Source of the DNA: an uncultured Chthonomonadaceae bacterium
GTDB lineage: Bacteria; Armatimonadota; Chthonomonadetes; Chthonomonadales; Chthonomonadaceae
DNA: 64,000 nucleotides
Direction: 5' to 3'
Assembly: GCA_963817895.1 (NCBI GenBank)
Contig: CAWFQB010000001.1
Span: 224,001-288,000 of the forward strand
The position numbers and the translations under genes are program-made. Below the pieces are notes generated by a model, which saw only the letters and a list, made by a program, of their open reading frames with translations, did no database searches and had not been told where the DNA came from. Each line of letters starts with the position of its first letter. Within the stretch, counting starts at the first letter, position 1. Shown one piece after another: positions 1 to 10,513 of the stretch.

Positions 1-888
1 CAGAAAGGTGTCAGAATCTCTGCTCTGGGCACTTTCTTTAGTTCGCAGGCGCAGATACAGGCTACAGGCTACAAATTCACCGATGCCTCAGGCGCTCTCA
101 TTGTAGACCCTTCCTCATCCTCGCCAAGCCAGGCCATGAAATCACTACTGCTACAGGTTAATTTCACACCTGGGTCAAATCCCAGCTTCACACCATTCAT
201 GTTCAAGCCGGGGGATTTATCTACTTACACGCCGGAGGCCATCAATGAAACCATGCTGGCGCTCAGCGGCAAGAGCAATTACTTTGAGGACGTTATTCTC
301 GCAAACGCCTACACATTCCCCGACGGCAAAAAATATCTCCTTTTTACATGGAGTAACAGCGGCATGACGTCTTCGCAGTTCAGCCAACTGAGCAGTACCT
401 TCACGGAGAACAGTTGGACTTTCGACTCCAGTGACTACGTCGGAGTGAGTGGAGGATTGGGCGCTGATTTCTTCGGATTGGGCGAGGACGAGTCCTTCAA
501 ATTCCTCGCCGGATTTACGGTCTCTCTTTCCGGGGAGCAAAGTTTAAGTGGCACTGAGGAATGGGGCATCCAGGTTGGTACTGATGGAGATAACTGGGGA
601 CCGCCCACTATTGACGACAAGAGTTCGGAAGCGGCCATTGCAGAGTATACCTTTCTGGTCTTCTTCCTCCCTGTCCCCTCGAACGGAACCCTCGAGCCCA
701 ACGCCTGGACACAGGAACTCATAAAATATCTTCCGAAAGTCCCTGACCAAGAATTCAAGTCCGTAAAAGGGATTGACACAAATTCAGGCGCATGGCGAAT
801 TACATTCGCCGTCATCAACTATCTCACAAATGGTGATGCTAACAAGGGGAAGCACAATACATATTTGTACAAGGGAAATCTTCTCTAA
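1..888 (+). CDS. Hypothetical protein, 5'-truncated by window edge
   Basis: The frame of ORF 136..888 is open back to base 1 (QKGVRISALGTFF...). More AT-rich than neighbours; no motif recognised. Confidence 0.7.
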   Translation, partial: QKGVRISALGTFFSSQAQIQATGYKFTDASGALIVDPSSSSPSQAMKSLLLQVNFTPGSNPSFTPFMFKPGDLSTYTPEAINETMLALSGKSNYFEDVILANAYTFPDGKKYLLFTWSNSGMTSSQFSQLSSTFTENSWTFDSSDYVGVSGGLGADFFGLGEDESFKFLAGFTVSLSGEQSLSGTEEWGIQVGTDGDNWGPPTIDDKSSEAAIAEYTFLVFFLPVPSNGTLEPNAWTQELIKYLPKVPDQEFKSVKGIDTNSGAWRITFAVINYLTNGDANKGKHNTYLYKGNLL

Positions 889-1006
889 TTGCCGCTTCAG
901 TGCTGTCACACGGATATTCTGAATAACGCCATGTTATGCTAAAAGCATGATATAGCCTGCGGATATCCTGACAACATCGAAAACGGGAACAAAGGCAACA
1001 TGCCTC

Positions 1007-1033
1007 AGAGCCTATCCTAACAGGATAGGCTCT
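1007..1033. terminator. Perfect 12-bp stem hairpin, possible terminator between convergent genes
   Basis: agagcctatcct-aac-aggataggctct; U-tail is weak. Confidence 0.45.
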
Positions 1034-1372
1034 TAACCTGCTTATGTAATGCAGCTAAGTCAGCAATGGCGCGCGTAATACGCTGATAGCGTTCTTCTGC
1101 TGTTGCTCGCCTGCTTTGATTTGCCGGGGCGGTGTCGGACAGATACTTATCTTTCTAAACGTTCCAGAAAAGAATTGTCAACATCAACTACCTCCGTGTG
1201 GGCCTTTATTTTAGGACCAATATGTGCGGTGACATGCAGGTTTTTTTCCCCGCGCTCGTAAGCAATGCCTTCCTCCAGCCCTCTTTTAATCTATCGAATA
1301 ATCGAGGGCGTTCTGTTGCCATATCTATCGTCCTTTCCGTTGCTGACTGTGTCGCGCTTTCTTGCGGCAGAA

Positions 1373-4300
1373 CTACGGTAGGGCGAAGGCGATGTAGGAG
1401 TCGCCGGATTTGGTGCGGAGTTTGCCGCCGCCGCCGCAGGCGATCACGACGTACTGCTTGCCGTTGACCATGTAGGTGCAGGGCGTGGCGTAGCCGCCCG
1501 CTTCCAGTTTGTAGTCCCACAGCAGTTTGCCGGTTGTCTTGTCGAAGGCGTGGAACTTCTCGTCTTTGGTGCCGCCGATGAAAACCAGTCCGCCCTGCGT
1601 GACAATCGTGCCGCCGAAGTTTTCCGTGCCGGTTTGCGGGATGCCCTTTGCCGTCAACTCGGGAAACTCGCCAAGCGTGATGCGCCACGCGAATTTGCCA
1701 GTGTTCAAATCCACAGCCGTCAGATTGCCCCAGGGCGGCTTGCTTGCCGGGTAGCCGTTGGGATCGTTGAAGTAGTTGTAGCCCTGAAAATCGTAGCCGC
1801 CACCCCCGTTGGGCTTGACCGAGCAGATGTAGGGCGTGTTGTTGGTGTTGACGTACAGCAGATTGGTGGTCGGGTCGAACGACGCCCCGCTCCATGTCGC
1901 GCCGCCGTGAAAACCGGGCGAAACAACGGTTCCCTCCACACTCGGCGGCAGATACGGCTGGCCGAAACGATAGCCTTTCAACGATTTTAAAACCGCGTCA
2001 TGCGCTTCGGGCGAAATGTTGGTCACGTCGTATTCAGTAAAGGTTTGCGGCGACAGCGGAAGCGGCAGGACGGGTTCCGGCTGCGTGGCCCACGCCTGTT
2101 CTCCGGGTATATCAGACGGCGCGGCGGGAACTTCGTGAACCGGAAACAGGGGCTTGCCGGTCAGCCGGTCGAACAGGAAGATAAAGCCCGTTTTGGTAGG
2201 CTGCGCGACGGCTTCAATGGTTTTGCCGTTGCGTTTCAGGGTACAGACAACGGGCGGGCAGGGGTTGTCGTGATCCCACAGATCGTGATGCACTTCCTGA
2301 AAGTGCCAGATGCGTTTGCCCGTTCGGGCGTTTATGGCGAGAGTGCAGTTGGCGAACAGGTTGCTGCCGTGTCTGTCCGCGCCGTAAAAGTCCGACGCCG
2401 CCGAACCCGTGCCGCAAAACAGGATGCCGTGTTGCGCGTCTAAGGTGAAACCGGACCACGGATTGACGCCCGGACGCTCCTTCCAGCTATCGCCCTCCCA
2501 CGTCTCATTTCCTATTTCGCCGGGACGCGGCACGGTATGGAACCGCCATACCTCTTTGCCCGTTCGCGTGTCAAAGGCGCGTATGTCTCCGGGTGCGCCC
2601 GGCCCGCCCTCGCTGCTCAGAAAACCCAAAATGACGTTGTTCTCAAAAACCATCGGCGCGGACGTTGCGCCGTACCCGAATTTAGAAATGTCGCGCTCGA
2701 TGCCCGCCCGTAAATCCACAATGCCGTTTGTGCCGAACTCCCCATCCAGTTTGCCCGTTTGCGCGTCCAGCGAATACAAATTGCCGTCCGTAAACGACAC
2801 GAGAATACGCCGTTTACCATTGGGCAGGTTGTCCGACCAGTAGGCGACGCCACGATTCACGCCGCCCGCTTTGCTGTCGAAACGCCATATCTCCTTACCG
2901 GTTGCCGCGTCCAAAGCAACCACGCTCAACTTTACGGTTGTCAGGTACATCACGCCGTCAACCACAATCGGCGTACACTCAATCGTACTCCCGCCCTGCG
3001 CCGCGTCGCCGCCGTGAAATGTCCACGCCGGTTTCAGGCTTTTGACGTTGCTCTTGTTGATCTGCGTCAGAAGCGAGTAGCGCATCCCGCCTTTGTCGTT
3101 GCCAACTTCCGCCCAATTCACGCTTGTTTTCGGGTTGACATGCGGCAGGGACACGAATACGCGGGGGAGGGGAGGAAGGGGGCGCGTATCCGCAATCGCC
3201 TGCGCCCGCGTTTCCAATTGGGCGGCGTTGTGGGTTGCGGACGCATCGGCAAAGCGTCCGCTTTCCAGTTTATCGAAATGCCATAGCCCGATGGTATCCG
3301 CGTCGGCGGTAAACGGCGCAGTGGGAGTTTGTTTGATGTCGCGGGCGATTTTGGCAATGCGAACCTCGTCTATCAGTCCGTCGCAGCCGATGTTCTGGGG
3401 CGGATAGCAGCCGAACCAGAGCGGCCCGATGTTGGGCGTCTGGTGCGGCGAACCGATCTCCTGATCTTTCACCTGTTTGCCGTCCACGAACAGGCGCACC
3501 CGTTCGGGCAGCATGGTCATGGCGACATAGTGCCACTTGCCATCCACGATAGAAACGCCCAAATCGATGTTGGGCGGCGTCACTCCGGGCAGAAACGCGC
3601 TCAGGGTTCCGGTTCCCGCTGTGGTGTACAGTTCCCAGTGCTTGGGCGATTCTTTGGGGCTGTTGGCGACCAGAATGTTGAAGCCGTCTTTGCCATCGAG
3701 TTTCGCCCAACACTCGACGGTGAGCGGCGGCTCCTGATAAATGGCTTTGCCCGTTGCGGCAAAGGATACGCCCTGCGGATTCAGCGCGTTGCCGAAGCGT
3801 CCGGCAGGGTTGCGCTCCGTAATCGCCACATGGGGCGGCGCGGGAGTTTGCGGCAATGCCAGAACCGGCTGCGGCAGAACTTCGCGCTTCGCCGCCCATG
3901 CCGCCGCCCGCCGGATGATTTCCGCATGGGCAGGGTTGCGCAATGCCGCCGCGTCATGCCCTAACAATGTCTGAAAAACGCGCCCCTGCCTTTCCTCATA
4001 CGCGAAGGCAAGCGGCTCGTCCTGCCCGGTTGTTTTGGAACGGGCGGTCAGCAGGGGATCAATGGGAAGGTCGCCCTGCTGATGAAAATACAGTTCGTCC
4101 GTCGTGCCAAAATCGGCAATTCCCGACGTGAGCAGATGGCCGGGATGCGTGACGTGAACCGTAAACGGCCCGTAAGCGTCATGCCCACTTTTGTCGTCCA
4201 CCCAAACCCGACGCGCCAGCCGTCCATAATAGTCGCGCCAATCCCGCCACGCGCCATTCGCGAAATGAATCACCAGCAGACCGCCGCCGTTACGAACGTA

Positions 4301-5413
4301 ATGCAGCAGTTTCTCGCGCGACGCGGAACTTAAACTCGGCCTGTCCCAATTGCAGTAGTTCTGAACTAATACGTCATAGCGCGACAGGTCTTCCGTCGCC
4401 AGTTTTTCCGGGTTTTCCCATACAGTCGTCTGGATACGCTTGTCCTGTCCTAAAATCTCCTGCAAGGCGGGCGTGGTCGTTCGCCAGTCGTGCGCGGGCA
4501 TGTGGTAGCCGGTCAGAATCAGGGCGTGAATGGTGTCCCAATCGGGCGAAACCGTAGATTGTACGCCACCGGGTGGAACTTCGCCCTTTGCCGACCACAC
4601 AATGGCGTTCAGTATCACGCGGCGCATATTCTCGTTCTGCCAGTTGGAATACGGATGCCCGCCCGTAAACGCGAACCCGCGCCCGCCGTCCCCGCGCTCT
4701 ACCGCCCACGCGACGGTTTGGGGCGCGGCTTCCCCGGCAACGGCAATGTTGAGAATGGGCGTTCGGCGCGCGTCCCCGTCCTGAAACCGCATGTTGTAGT
4801 AATACTCGTCGCGCAGGGGAAACGCGGCCACGCCCCGGCTGATGGGGTGGGCAGGCGCGGCGGGTGTAGGCATGGCGTCCAGCGTATTGATTTTGCTGAA
4901 CCAGTGATTGGCCGCGCTTCCGGTTTCGTAATCGAAATAGCCGCCCGCCCAATCCAGATACTCCGGCCCGCCATGTTTCACGCCCGCAAAGGTGGCGTAG
5001 TGCAGCAAAACAAGGCCGCAGCCGCGTTTCATCTGCTTCTGAATTGTCGCCAGTCGGTCGCCGACTAAGAGGGGATGATCCGCCTCGTTGTGGTCGGAAC
5101 CGTCCGCGTACAGCACAATGGTATCGGCATCGTCCAGAATTTTGGGGTCTGTAGGCCAGCCGTACAAAGCCACTTCCGTATGGTAGCCCTTGAGGTTCGG
5201 GGAAGTTTCCAGACAACGCGCCAGCAAGCGGCATACCTTTTCGTACTCGTGTTCCCCTGCCCCGTGACTTTTCTTCCCCGCCAGAAACACGATTTTCTTC
5301 GCGTGAGGGGCGGCTTGCGCTACACTGTTCACCGTTATCAGCATTGCCATAATTCCGATTATCAGCGACAGCCACCATTGGCTGAATTTTAACGCCGCTT
5401 GCTTGCTCTGCAT
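1373..5413 (-). CDS. Secreted multidomain protein: 2x ThuA-like + LamG-like + PQQ-dependent (glucose/quinate-type) dehydrogenase
   Basis: Signal peptide; ThuA motifs (LAGKKSHGAGEH, DEYYY, DELY, TLLGHD); LamG (TVECW, DGKWHYVA, IDEVRI); PQQ-DH motifs (HHDLWDHD, PPWG, GTENFGG, YATPCTY). Start placed at the ATG of MQSKQ, downstream of the REP-like palindrome. Confidence 0.88.
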   Translation of the reverse strand: MQSKQAALKFSQWWLSLIIGIMAMLITVNSVAQAAPHAKKIVFLAGKKSHGAGEHEYEKVCRLLARCLETSPNLKGYHTEVALYGWPTDPKILDDADTIVLYADGSDHNEADHPLLVGDRLATIQKQMKRGCGLVLLHYATFAGVKHGGPEYLDWAGGYFDYETGSAANHWFSKINTLDAMPTPAAPAHPISRGVAAFPLRDEYYYNMRFQDGDARRTPILNIAVAGEAAPQTVAWAVERGDGGRGFAFTGGHPYSNWQNENMRRVILNAIVWSAKGEVPPGGVQSTVSPDWDTIHALILTGYHMPAHDWRTTTPALQEILGQDKRIQTTVWENPEKLATEDLSRYDVLVQNYCNWDRPSLSSASREKLLHYVRNGGGLLVIHFANGAWRDWRDYYGRLARRVWVDDKSGHDAYGPFTVHVTHPGHLLTSGIADFGTTDELYFHQQGDLPIDPLLTARSKTTGQDEPLAFAYEERQGRVFQTLLGHDAAALRNPAHAEIIRRAAAWAAKREVLPQPVLALPQTPAPPHVAITERNPAGRFGNALNPQGVSFAATGKAIYQEPPLTVECWAKLDGKDGFNILVANSPKESPKHWELYTTAGTGTLSAFLPGVTPPNIDLGVSIVDGKWHYVAMTMLPERVRLFVDGKQVKDQEIGSPHQTPNIGPLWFGCYPPQNIGCDGLIDEVRIAKIARDIKQTPTAPFTADADTIGLWHFDKLESGRFADASATHNAAQLETRAQAIADTRPLPPLPRVFVSLPHVNPKTSVNWAEVGNDKGGMRYSLLTQINKSNVKSLKPAWTFHGGDAAQGGSTIECTPIVVDGVMYLTTVKLSVVALDAATGKEIWRFDSKAGGVNRGVAYWSDNLPNGKRRILVSFTDGNLYSLDAQTGKLDGEFGTNGIVDLRAGIERDISKFGYGATSAPMVFENNVILGFLSSEGGPGAPGDIRAFDTRTGKEVWRFHTVPRPGEIGNETWEGDSWKERPGVNPWSGFTLDAQHGILFCGTGSAASDFYGADRHGSNLFANCTLAINARTGKRIWHFQEVHHDLWDHDNPCPPVVCTLKRNGKTIEAVAQPTKTGFIFLFDRLTGKPLFPVHEVPAAPSDIPGEQAWATQPEPVLPLPLSPQTFTEYDVTNISPEAHDAVLKSLKGYRFGQPYLPPSVEGTVVSPGFHGGATWSGASFDPTTNLLYVNTNNTPYICSVKPNGGGGYDFQGYNYFNDPNGYPASKPPWGNLTAVDLNTGKFAWRITLGEFPELTAKGIPQTGTENFGGTIVTQGGLVFIGGTKDEKFHAFDKTTGKLLWDYKLEAGGYATPCTYMVNGKQYVVIACGGGGKLRTKSGDSYIAFALP

Positions 5414-5432
5414 TAAATTTCGTCTCCTGAGA

Positions 5433-5585
5433 ACCTCACCCCGGGCGTCCACTTGTGGACAACCTCTCCTTGCCGCTCGTTCCTCGCTAGGAGAGGGGCT
5501 TTACGTAAGTGGCTCCCCTCTCCTAGCGCGTTGCGCGGCAAGGAGAGGGGTGTCCTTCCCTTCGGGTGGACGCCCGGGGTGAGGT
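5433..5585. repeat. Long nested palindrome, REP/MITE-like
   Basis: acctcaccccgggcgtccac (5433-5452) pairs perfectly with 5566-5585; inner arms cctctccttgccgc/gcggcaaggagagg and cgctaggagagggg/cccctctcctagcg. Confidence 0.85.
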
Positions 5586-5587
5586 AG

Positions 5588-7672
5588 TTATGTCAGTTGA
5601 AACGCCGGGGAGGTGGACGCCGCAATTAGAGTTGGCACATCATTATTGCCTTCGCGCATAGTGGCGTAGTTGTAAAGCTGGTGAATGATCTGGTTGACGC
5701 CGTAGCCGCTCGGCAGCAGAATGAAAGGCTTGTTCTGCGCCCGCATCCATTCGCGGCCCTTTTCGGTCATTTCATGGCTGGCAAAGTTCTTCACGACGAT
5801 GAGAATGTCGGCTCGGTTGATGTCGCCCTGAAACTTGCCTGCCCGGTCGCTCTTCTTGCTGTTCGGCCACTTCACTTCGGCGCAGCCAAGCTGTTTTTCC
5901 AACTCCTCGCACACGCGCTGGCGCGGCACGCCGCCGAGTATCAGCAGTTTGTGGCCCTCCACGTACAGCGACGCGACCTGCCGGTAGTTCTCCATCTGGC
6001 TGTCGGCAGGCTCGTCTTCCTCCTCAATGCCCGCTTCTTCCTCCGCGCTCTTTTCGGGCGGGTCCAATCCCTTGCGCTTGCGCTCGGTTACGATGGCGTC
6101 CAAAAATTTGCGATACTTCGCCAGATTTTCCAGCAGCAACGGCCCGATGTCCAGCAGCGCGCTCCGCACCTGCAAATGGGTGGGCGGCACTCCCGCCGCA
6201 ATGCACTCGTCCAGCAGTTGCGCCAGTTCCAGTTTTTGCTTGTCCAGCGTGAATTTGGAAAGCGCCTGCGTTTTGCGCTGAACACACCATTCCAGCACCC
6301 CCTCGATAGCTGCCGCTTTACGCGCTTCTTTGGCCTTGCGCTCCAGATTGGCGACGTAAACGCGCTGCGTGTTTTGCAGCAGGGAGGGGAGCTGCGCGGC
6401 GATACTCTCCCGTTCGTTCCATGCCATATCAGGGTTCATGGCGGTAAGATAGCCTTCGGTGTCGGCTGCGGCGCGAAGGTTCAGGTACAAATCCGTTTGC
6501 AGCCGATCCTTGCTGTCGAACTCCTCCAGTATGCAAAACAAGCGCTGCTGCACGGCGGCAATGGCGTTGAGCAGCGACCAGCGGGTTCCGCTTTCCAGCG
6601 CGTCTTTGTGTTCCATGTACCACTCATACGCGGCCTGCGCCTCGCCAGCCGCGCCGTACAAACCCGCCAGTTCCGCCCAGTCCTCTTCAGAGAGTTGCGC
6701 GACCACATTGCTCCAGAAGGTGGATTCAAACGGCAGGCACGGCGCGTTGTCGCCCGCATACCCCCGCGCCAGTTCCATGCGTTCGCGTAGTCCGCCGATT
6801 GCCCCTCGCATCTCCTTGCCCACGCCCTGCTGATTGGCAAGGGTATTCAAACGGCCCAATTCACAGGCGAGGGCGCGGGTTTGCAGGCAGCGGGGACGAT
6901 GCAGGCCGCCTTCTGACCGTCTCAAACTCTCCCGGTCAATTGCCTGCCAGCGCGTTTCTATCGCGTCCAGTTCGGCGTTGAGAATTGCCACCCGCGCATC
7001 GCGTTCCTCCTCGGAAAGCGGCGCAGGTTCGATGGGGGCAGGGGGAACCGGGGCGGCAACAGGGGTGGTTTCAACGGCGACTTTAATCTCGGCAACGGGC
7101 GCGTCTTCAAATTGTGGTTTGGCAGATGACTCTTCTGCCGCGTTGATGTCTGCCTCAACGATTGTATCTTTACGGCTGGTTTCTATCAAAGCGGAAATCT
7201 GATTGGTTTCCAGTTCAGGCAAAAGGAGGTCGTTGCGGGCTTCCTCAATGGTGAGTGAAACGTCTTGCGGGGAGGGGACGGTTGGCAGTAAATTCTCGAG
7301 TGGCGAAGAATCGGGTAGCTGGAAAGTGGGCGATTCCGATAGCGCATGTTTGAACGTGACGGACTCGGCGGCAGGGGAATTGACGACGGCAAAGGCGTGG
7401 GGCAGTTCCGCTATCAGCAACAGCCGCTGCGTAAACTGCTGCAACACGGCTTCCAGTTCCAGAATGATTTCCGCGTCGGCATCCGCTTTCGCCGCGTCTA
7501 ATTCTGTCGTGACCAGCGCGATTGCCGTTTCTAAGCGTTCCCGTTCGGCGCGGGTAAACTTCCGATGCTCCCGGCGTTCGCGCACTTCTTGCAAATAGGT
7601 TTTCAGGGCGTCGTTCGACTCGAAGATACTGCTGCTGTTGGACTGGCTGACAACGGTTGGGTTCAGGGCCAT
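5588..7672 (-). CDS. Large helical protein with C-terminal DUF2325-like domain
   Basis: C-terminal LLILGG...ADILIVVKNFASHEM...PFILLPSGYG matches the DUF2325 pattern; acidic, Pro-rich linker. Confidence 0.7.
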   Translation of the reverse strand: MALNPTVVSQSNSSSIFESNDALKTYLQEVRERREHRKFTRAERERLETAIALVTTELDAAKADADAEIILELEAVLQQFTQRLLLIAELPHAFAVVNSPAAESVTFKHALSESPTFQLPDSSPLENLLPTVPSPQDVSLTIEEARNDLLLPELETNQISALIETSRKDTIVEADINAAEESSAKPQFEDAPVAEIKVAVETTPVAAPVPPAPIEPAPLSEEERDARVAILNAELDAIETRWQAIDRESLRRSEGGLHRPRCLQTRALACELGRLNTLANQQGVGKEMRGAIGGLRERMELARGYAGDNAPCLPFESTFWSNVVAQLSEEDWAELAGLYGAAGEAQAAYEWYMEHKDALESGTRWSLLNAIAAVQQRLFCILEEFDSKDRLQTDLYLNLRAAADTEGYLTAMNPDMAWNERESIAAQLPSLLQNTQRVYVANLERKAKEARKAAAIEGVLEWCVQRKTQALSKFTLDKQKLELAQLLDECIAAGVPPTHLQVRSALLDIGPLLLENLAKYRKFLDAIVTERKRKGLDPPEKSAEEEAGIEEEDEPADSQMENYRQVASLYVEGHKLLILGGVPRQRVCEELEKQLGCAEVKWPNSKKSDRAGKFQGDINRADILIVVKNFASHEMTEKGREWMRAQNKPFILLPSGYGVNQIIHQLYNYATMREGNNDVPTLIAASTSPAFQLT

Positions 7673-7771
7673 GATGTTCTCCGGTTCGCGTGTGGTCTTC
7701 CTGATTAAAGCTCAATCTGGTTGAAGCTCAATCGGGAGGATTTAAGGGTTTCTTAACATCTGGCATTGTTC

Positions 7772-8783
7772 TTAATCTCTGGCGTAAAGTCCTGCATTGC
7801 GGCAGATATTCTCTGTATTCTCTTCATTTCCCGTATTTTCTGCGCGGAATGGATCAGACGGGGTTGTTACGCGCTGAAAGCCCGCTTCCTGCAAGACCGT
7901 AATCTTCTGCGCGTCTTCGGCATCCGCATAGCAGTGGATTGCGCCGGCAGGCAACGGCAGCGACTCCAGCAGGGTGAGCAGGGACGCGGCGGCAACGGCA
8001 GGATGCGCGAACATATCCAGCAGTGAAATGCCCGATTGAACGGTATCGGGAACGCAGGTGGCGAAGGCGACCACTGCGCCCTGTTGGTTTTCCAGTACGC
8101 CTGCCCGCGCGTCGGGACGCTTGCGGTCAACCGCCATGAACCGGCAATACGGCCCCTCCAGCAGTGTCGCGCCCTGAACATTCAGCGTCCTGCTGCATAC
8201 AGAAGGCAATTCAGGGCAGGCGGCGAGCAGGGCAACGAGAGGCCAATGTTTCCAGTGGGCGGGAACAGGGGCGCAGGCATTGGGCGCGAAAAACCGGGGT
8301 TCAAACACATTCTGCGGTTCCCGGTCGTAGCGCATCAGGCCGGGTTTGCCATTGGGCCAATCGCCGAAATCCGTGACGGGAGTAAATGTGGTAAGCGGGA
8401 CTCTGATACCCCGTGCCGAGCAGTAAAACATGCCCGTTGCGCCGGTGAAAATCCCTCATCTGATGCCGCATGATAGCGTCGCAAATACCCTTGCGCCGCT
8501 GGTCTTCGCGGGTGTGGACGTGGCCGAGGATGCCGATACCATGCGCCTCGACTGTCATAATCGTACCCACAACCTCGCCATTCAGCAGGCCGGCATAAAA
8601 CCGCGTTTCCAACTCGTCGCAGTTCCCCTTTAGAGCCGCTTCAATGTGTTCGCGGTAGTGGGGCGGCTTGTGCGCCAGAAAGGGGCGTATCTGCGCGTCG
8701 CGCTCCGCATCGGGCGGCACGACACACTCAATAGCGAGTTGCTCCCCTGTTTTAAGCGTTTCCACTGCAAGAGTCGTTCGCAT
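7772..8783 (-). CDS. GNAT family N-acetyltransferase (frameshift near 8370, probably a sequencing error)
   Basis: VHTREDQRRKGI acetyl-CoA motif and AYHIYSRHGF; continues in ORF 7772..8431 (GDWPNGKPGLMRY). Confidence 0.75.
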
Positions 8784-8811
8784 ACATCGGCCTTTGGAAG
8801 ATATTAGAGAG

Positions 8812-8878
8812 AAGATACGAGATACGAGATACGAGATATTGGGCTGTTATTCGCGTTTATTCGCGTTCATTCGCGGCT
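8812..8878. repeat. Short tandem repeats (AGATACG)n and (ATTCGCGTT)n
   Basis: agatacgagatacgagatacgagata; attcgcgtttattcgcgttcattcgcgg. Confidence 0.8.
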
Positions 8879-10295
8879 ATTTTCCCATTGGTATGTCGCG
8901 CGGCCATGCGGGTTTGAGCGTCCAGCATTGCAGGCGGGTCTGTTCCAGCAGGTTCGTCAAGTCCATGTTGTCGGGGTGGATGGGCCATTCGGGAATGACT
9001 CGCGCCACTTCTGCGGCAATCGCGTCGGCGGCAACGGGATAAGGCGTTATGGCAGTCAGGGAAATTCGCGAATGTCCGGCAAGCGCTTCGGCAAGCGCGA
9101 CGAAAAAGGTTCCCAACCCAACCGTTTGCCCGCCAACCTCGACACTGGCAGGCAAGTACCTTGACCGCGCTGCTTCCAGAACGGTTTTTGCCGCCTGCTT
9201 GATAGCCTGCGCATCCGTCTGCTCTGGCGTGGACACGGGCGGCATGGTCAGCGGGCCGTAGATATTCGGGCGGACGTAATGTTCGCGGGGTTCTACAACG
9301 GACTGGCACAGCATCAGCAGAATTTCCCCGGCTGTGAAGAAGTCGGTAAACAAAACCTGCTGTTCACCGGCAATTTGCCGCGCAATCGCTTCCAGTTCGG
9401 TGTGACTCGCGCCGGAACGCTGGCCGTCATAGCGGGCAATCATGTCGCCCCAACCGATGATTTCCAGTTCCTCATTGTTGCGCAGATACGCGCACAGGCG
9501 GCGCAAATTCGCCTGCATGGTGGGGATCAGGGCGGGATCATGCTGCGCGGCTGGCTTCCATTCGTGGCGGGGCGGATTGGCTCCTCTGGCGAAATTTACG
9601 GCGTCCCAAAACTCTGTGCTGATGGCCCGCGTGGGGTGGCAGATGAAGAAATTCAGCCATTCCGCCCCCTTCCGCTCGGAACCGATGTACTCCCGCAATT
9701 GCCGCTGAACCCGCTCCAACCGGGCGTCGAATATCGCGTCGTCATAAAACGCCGTGTCGAAACCGCCGAAACCGCCATCGAAATAGAAGTTCAGGCAGCC
9801 GCCGTACCAGCAGATGTTATGACCGGGCAGGCGAACCTGACTGTAGGCATACGCGCGGCCCATGCGCCCCATCAGGCCGACAACGGAGGGCGACCAACTG
9901 TTGCCCGTTCGCGCCCATCCGAGCAGGGGACGGCCCAAAATGCGCTCCGTATCCTGCCAGCCCTGTTGGTCCCAGTTCCAAACCGTGTCCATGCCCTGCG
10001 CGAAATCCGTTGGCAGGCAGAGTTCCGTGGTTGTTGGATGCGTGGAGTGCCATGTGGAATGAAAGGCGAGATGATGGCATTTCAGCGCTTCGATCACGTC
10101 CTGCCGTTCGCGACGTTCCCACAGGCGGACATTTTCGCCCACGAGCATAAACGAGCCGGTCAGCCCGTACTCGCGCAGGATTTCGGCCATCCACAACACC
10201 GCGTCGTCGGCTTCGGGCGCAATCAAGTCCTCGACATCGAAGCATAACGCCGTTGGAATGCGGCAGGAATTTGATACTGTTGATAATTCAGGCAT
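8877..10295 (-). CDS. Polysaccharide deacetylase-like (NodB/CE4 fold) protein
   Basis: CFDVED motif, HHLAFHSTWH His pair, FICHP; start at MPELS with upstream GAAAGGA. Confidence 0.65.
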   Translation of the reverse strand: MPELSTVSNSCRIPTALCFDVEDLIAPEADDAVLWMAEILREYGLTGSFMLVGENVRLWERRERQDVIEALKCHHLAFHSTWHSTHPTTTELCLPTDFAQGMDTVWNWDQQGWQDTERILGRPLLGWARTGNSWSPSVVGLMGRMGRAYAYSQVRLPGHNICWYGGCLNFYFDGGFGGFDTAFYDDAIFDARLERVQRQLREYIGSERKGAEWLNFFICHPTRAISTEFWDAVNFARGANPPRHEWKPAAQHDPALIPTMQANLRRLCAYLRNNEELEIIGWGDMIARYDGQRSGASHTELEAIARQIAGEQQVLFTDFFTAGEILLMLCQSVVEPREHYVRPNIYGPLTMPPVSTPEQTDAQAIKQAAKTVLEAARSRYLPASVEVGGQTVGLGTFFVALAEALAGHSRISLTAITPYPVAADAIAAEVARVIPEWPIHPDNMDLTNLLEQTRLQCWTLKPAWPRDIPMGK

Positions 10296-10464
10296 GGCAG
10301 CGTTCCTTTCAAAAAGAGGAGTTATAGAAATATGCCGTGATTTCCTGCTCAATTGCCATGAGAAGAGCTGTAATCTCGATGTTTCCGTCACAGCCTCTAC
10401 AGGCAATCTTTTGTATCTCCAATCTTGATAGCTCGCGTTTGCGCCGATATAAAACCACTATTCG

Positions 10465-10473
10465 TGGTATAAT
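10465..10473 (+). promoter_or_regulatory. Extended -10 promoter (TGnTATAAT) for the ATPase-RloB operon
   Basis: tggtataat about 40 nt upstream of ATG 10514. Confidence 0.55.
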
Positions 10474-10513
10474 CACAAAAACAACGCCTTGCCGCTCTTA
10501 GAATGAGGTTTAG

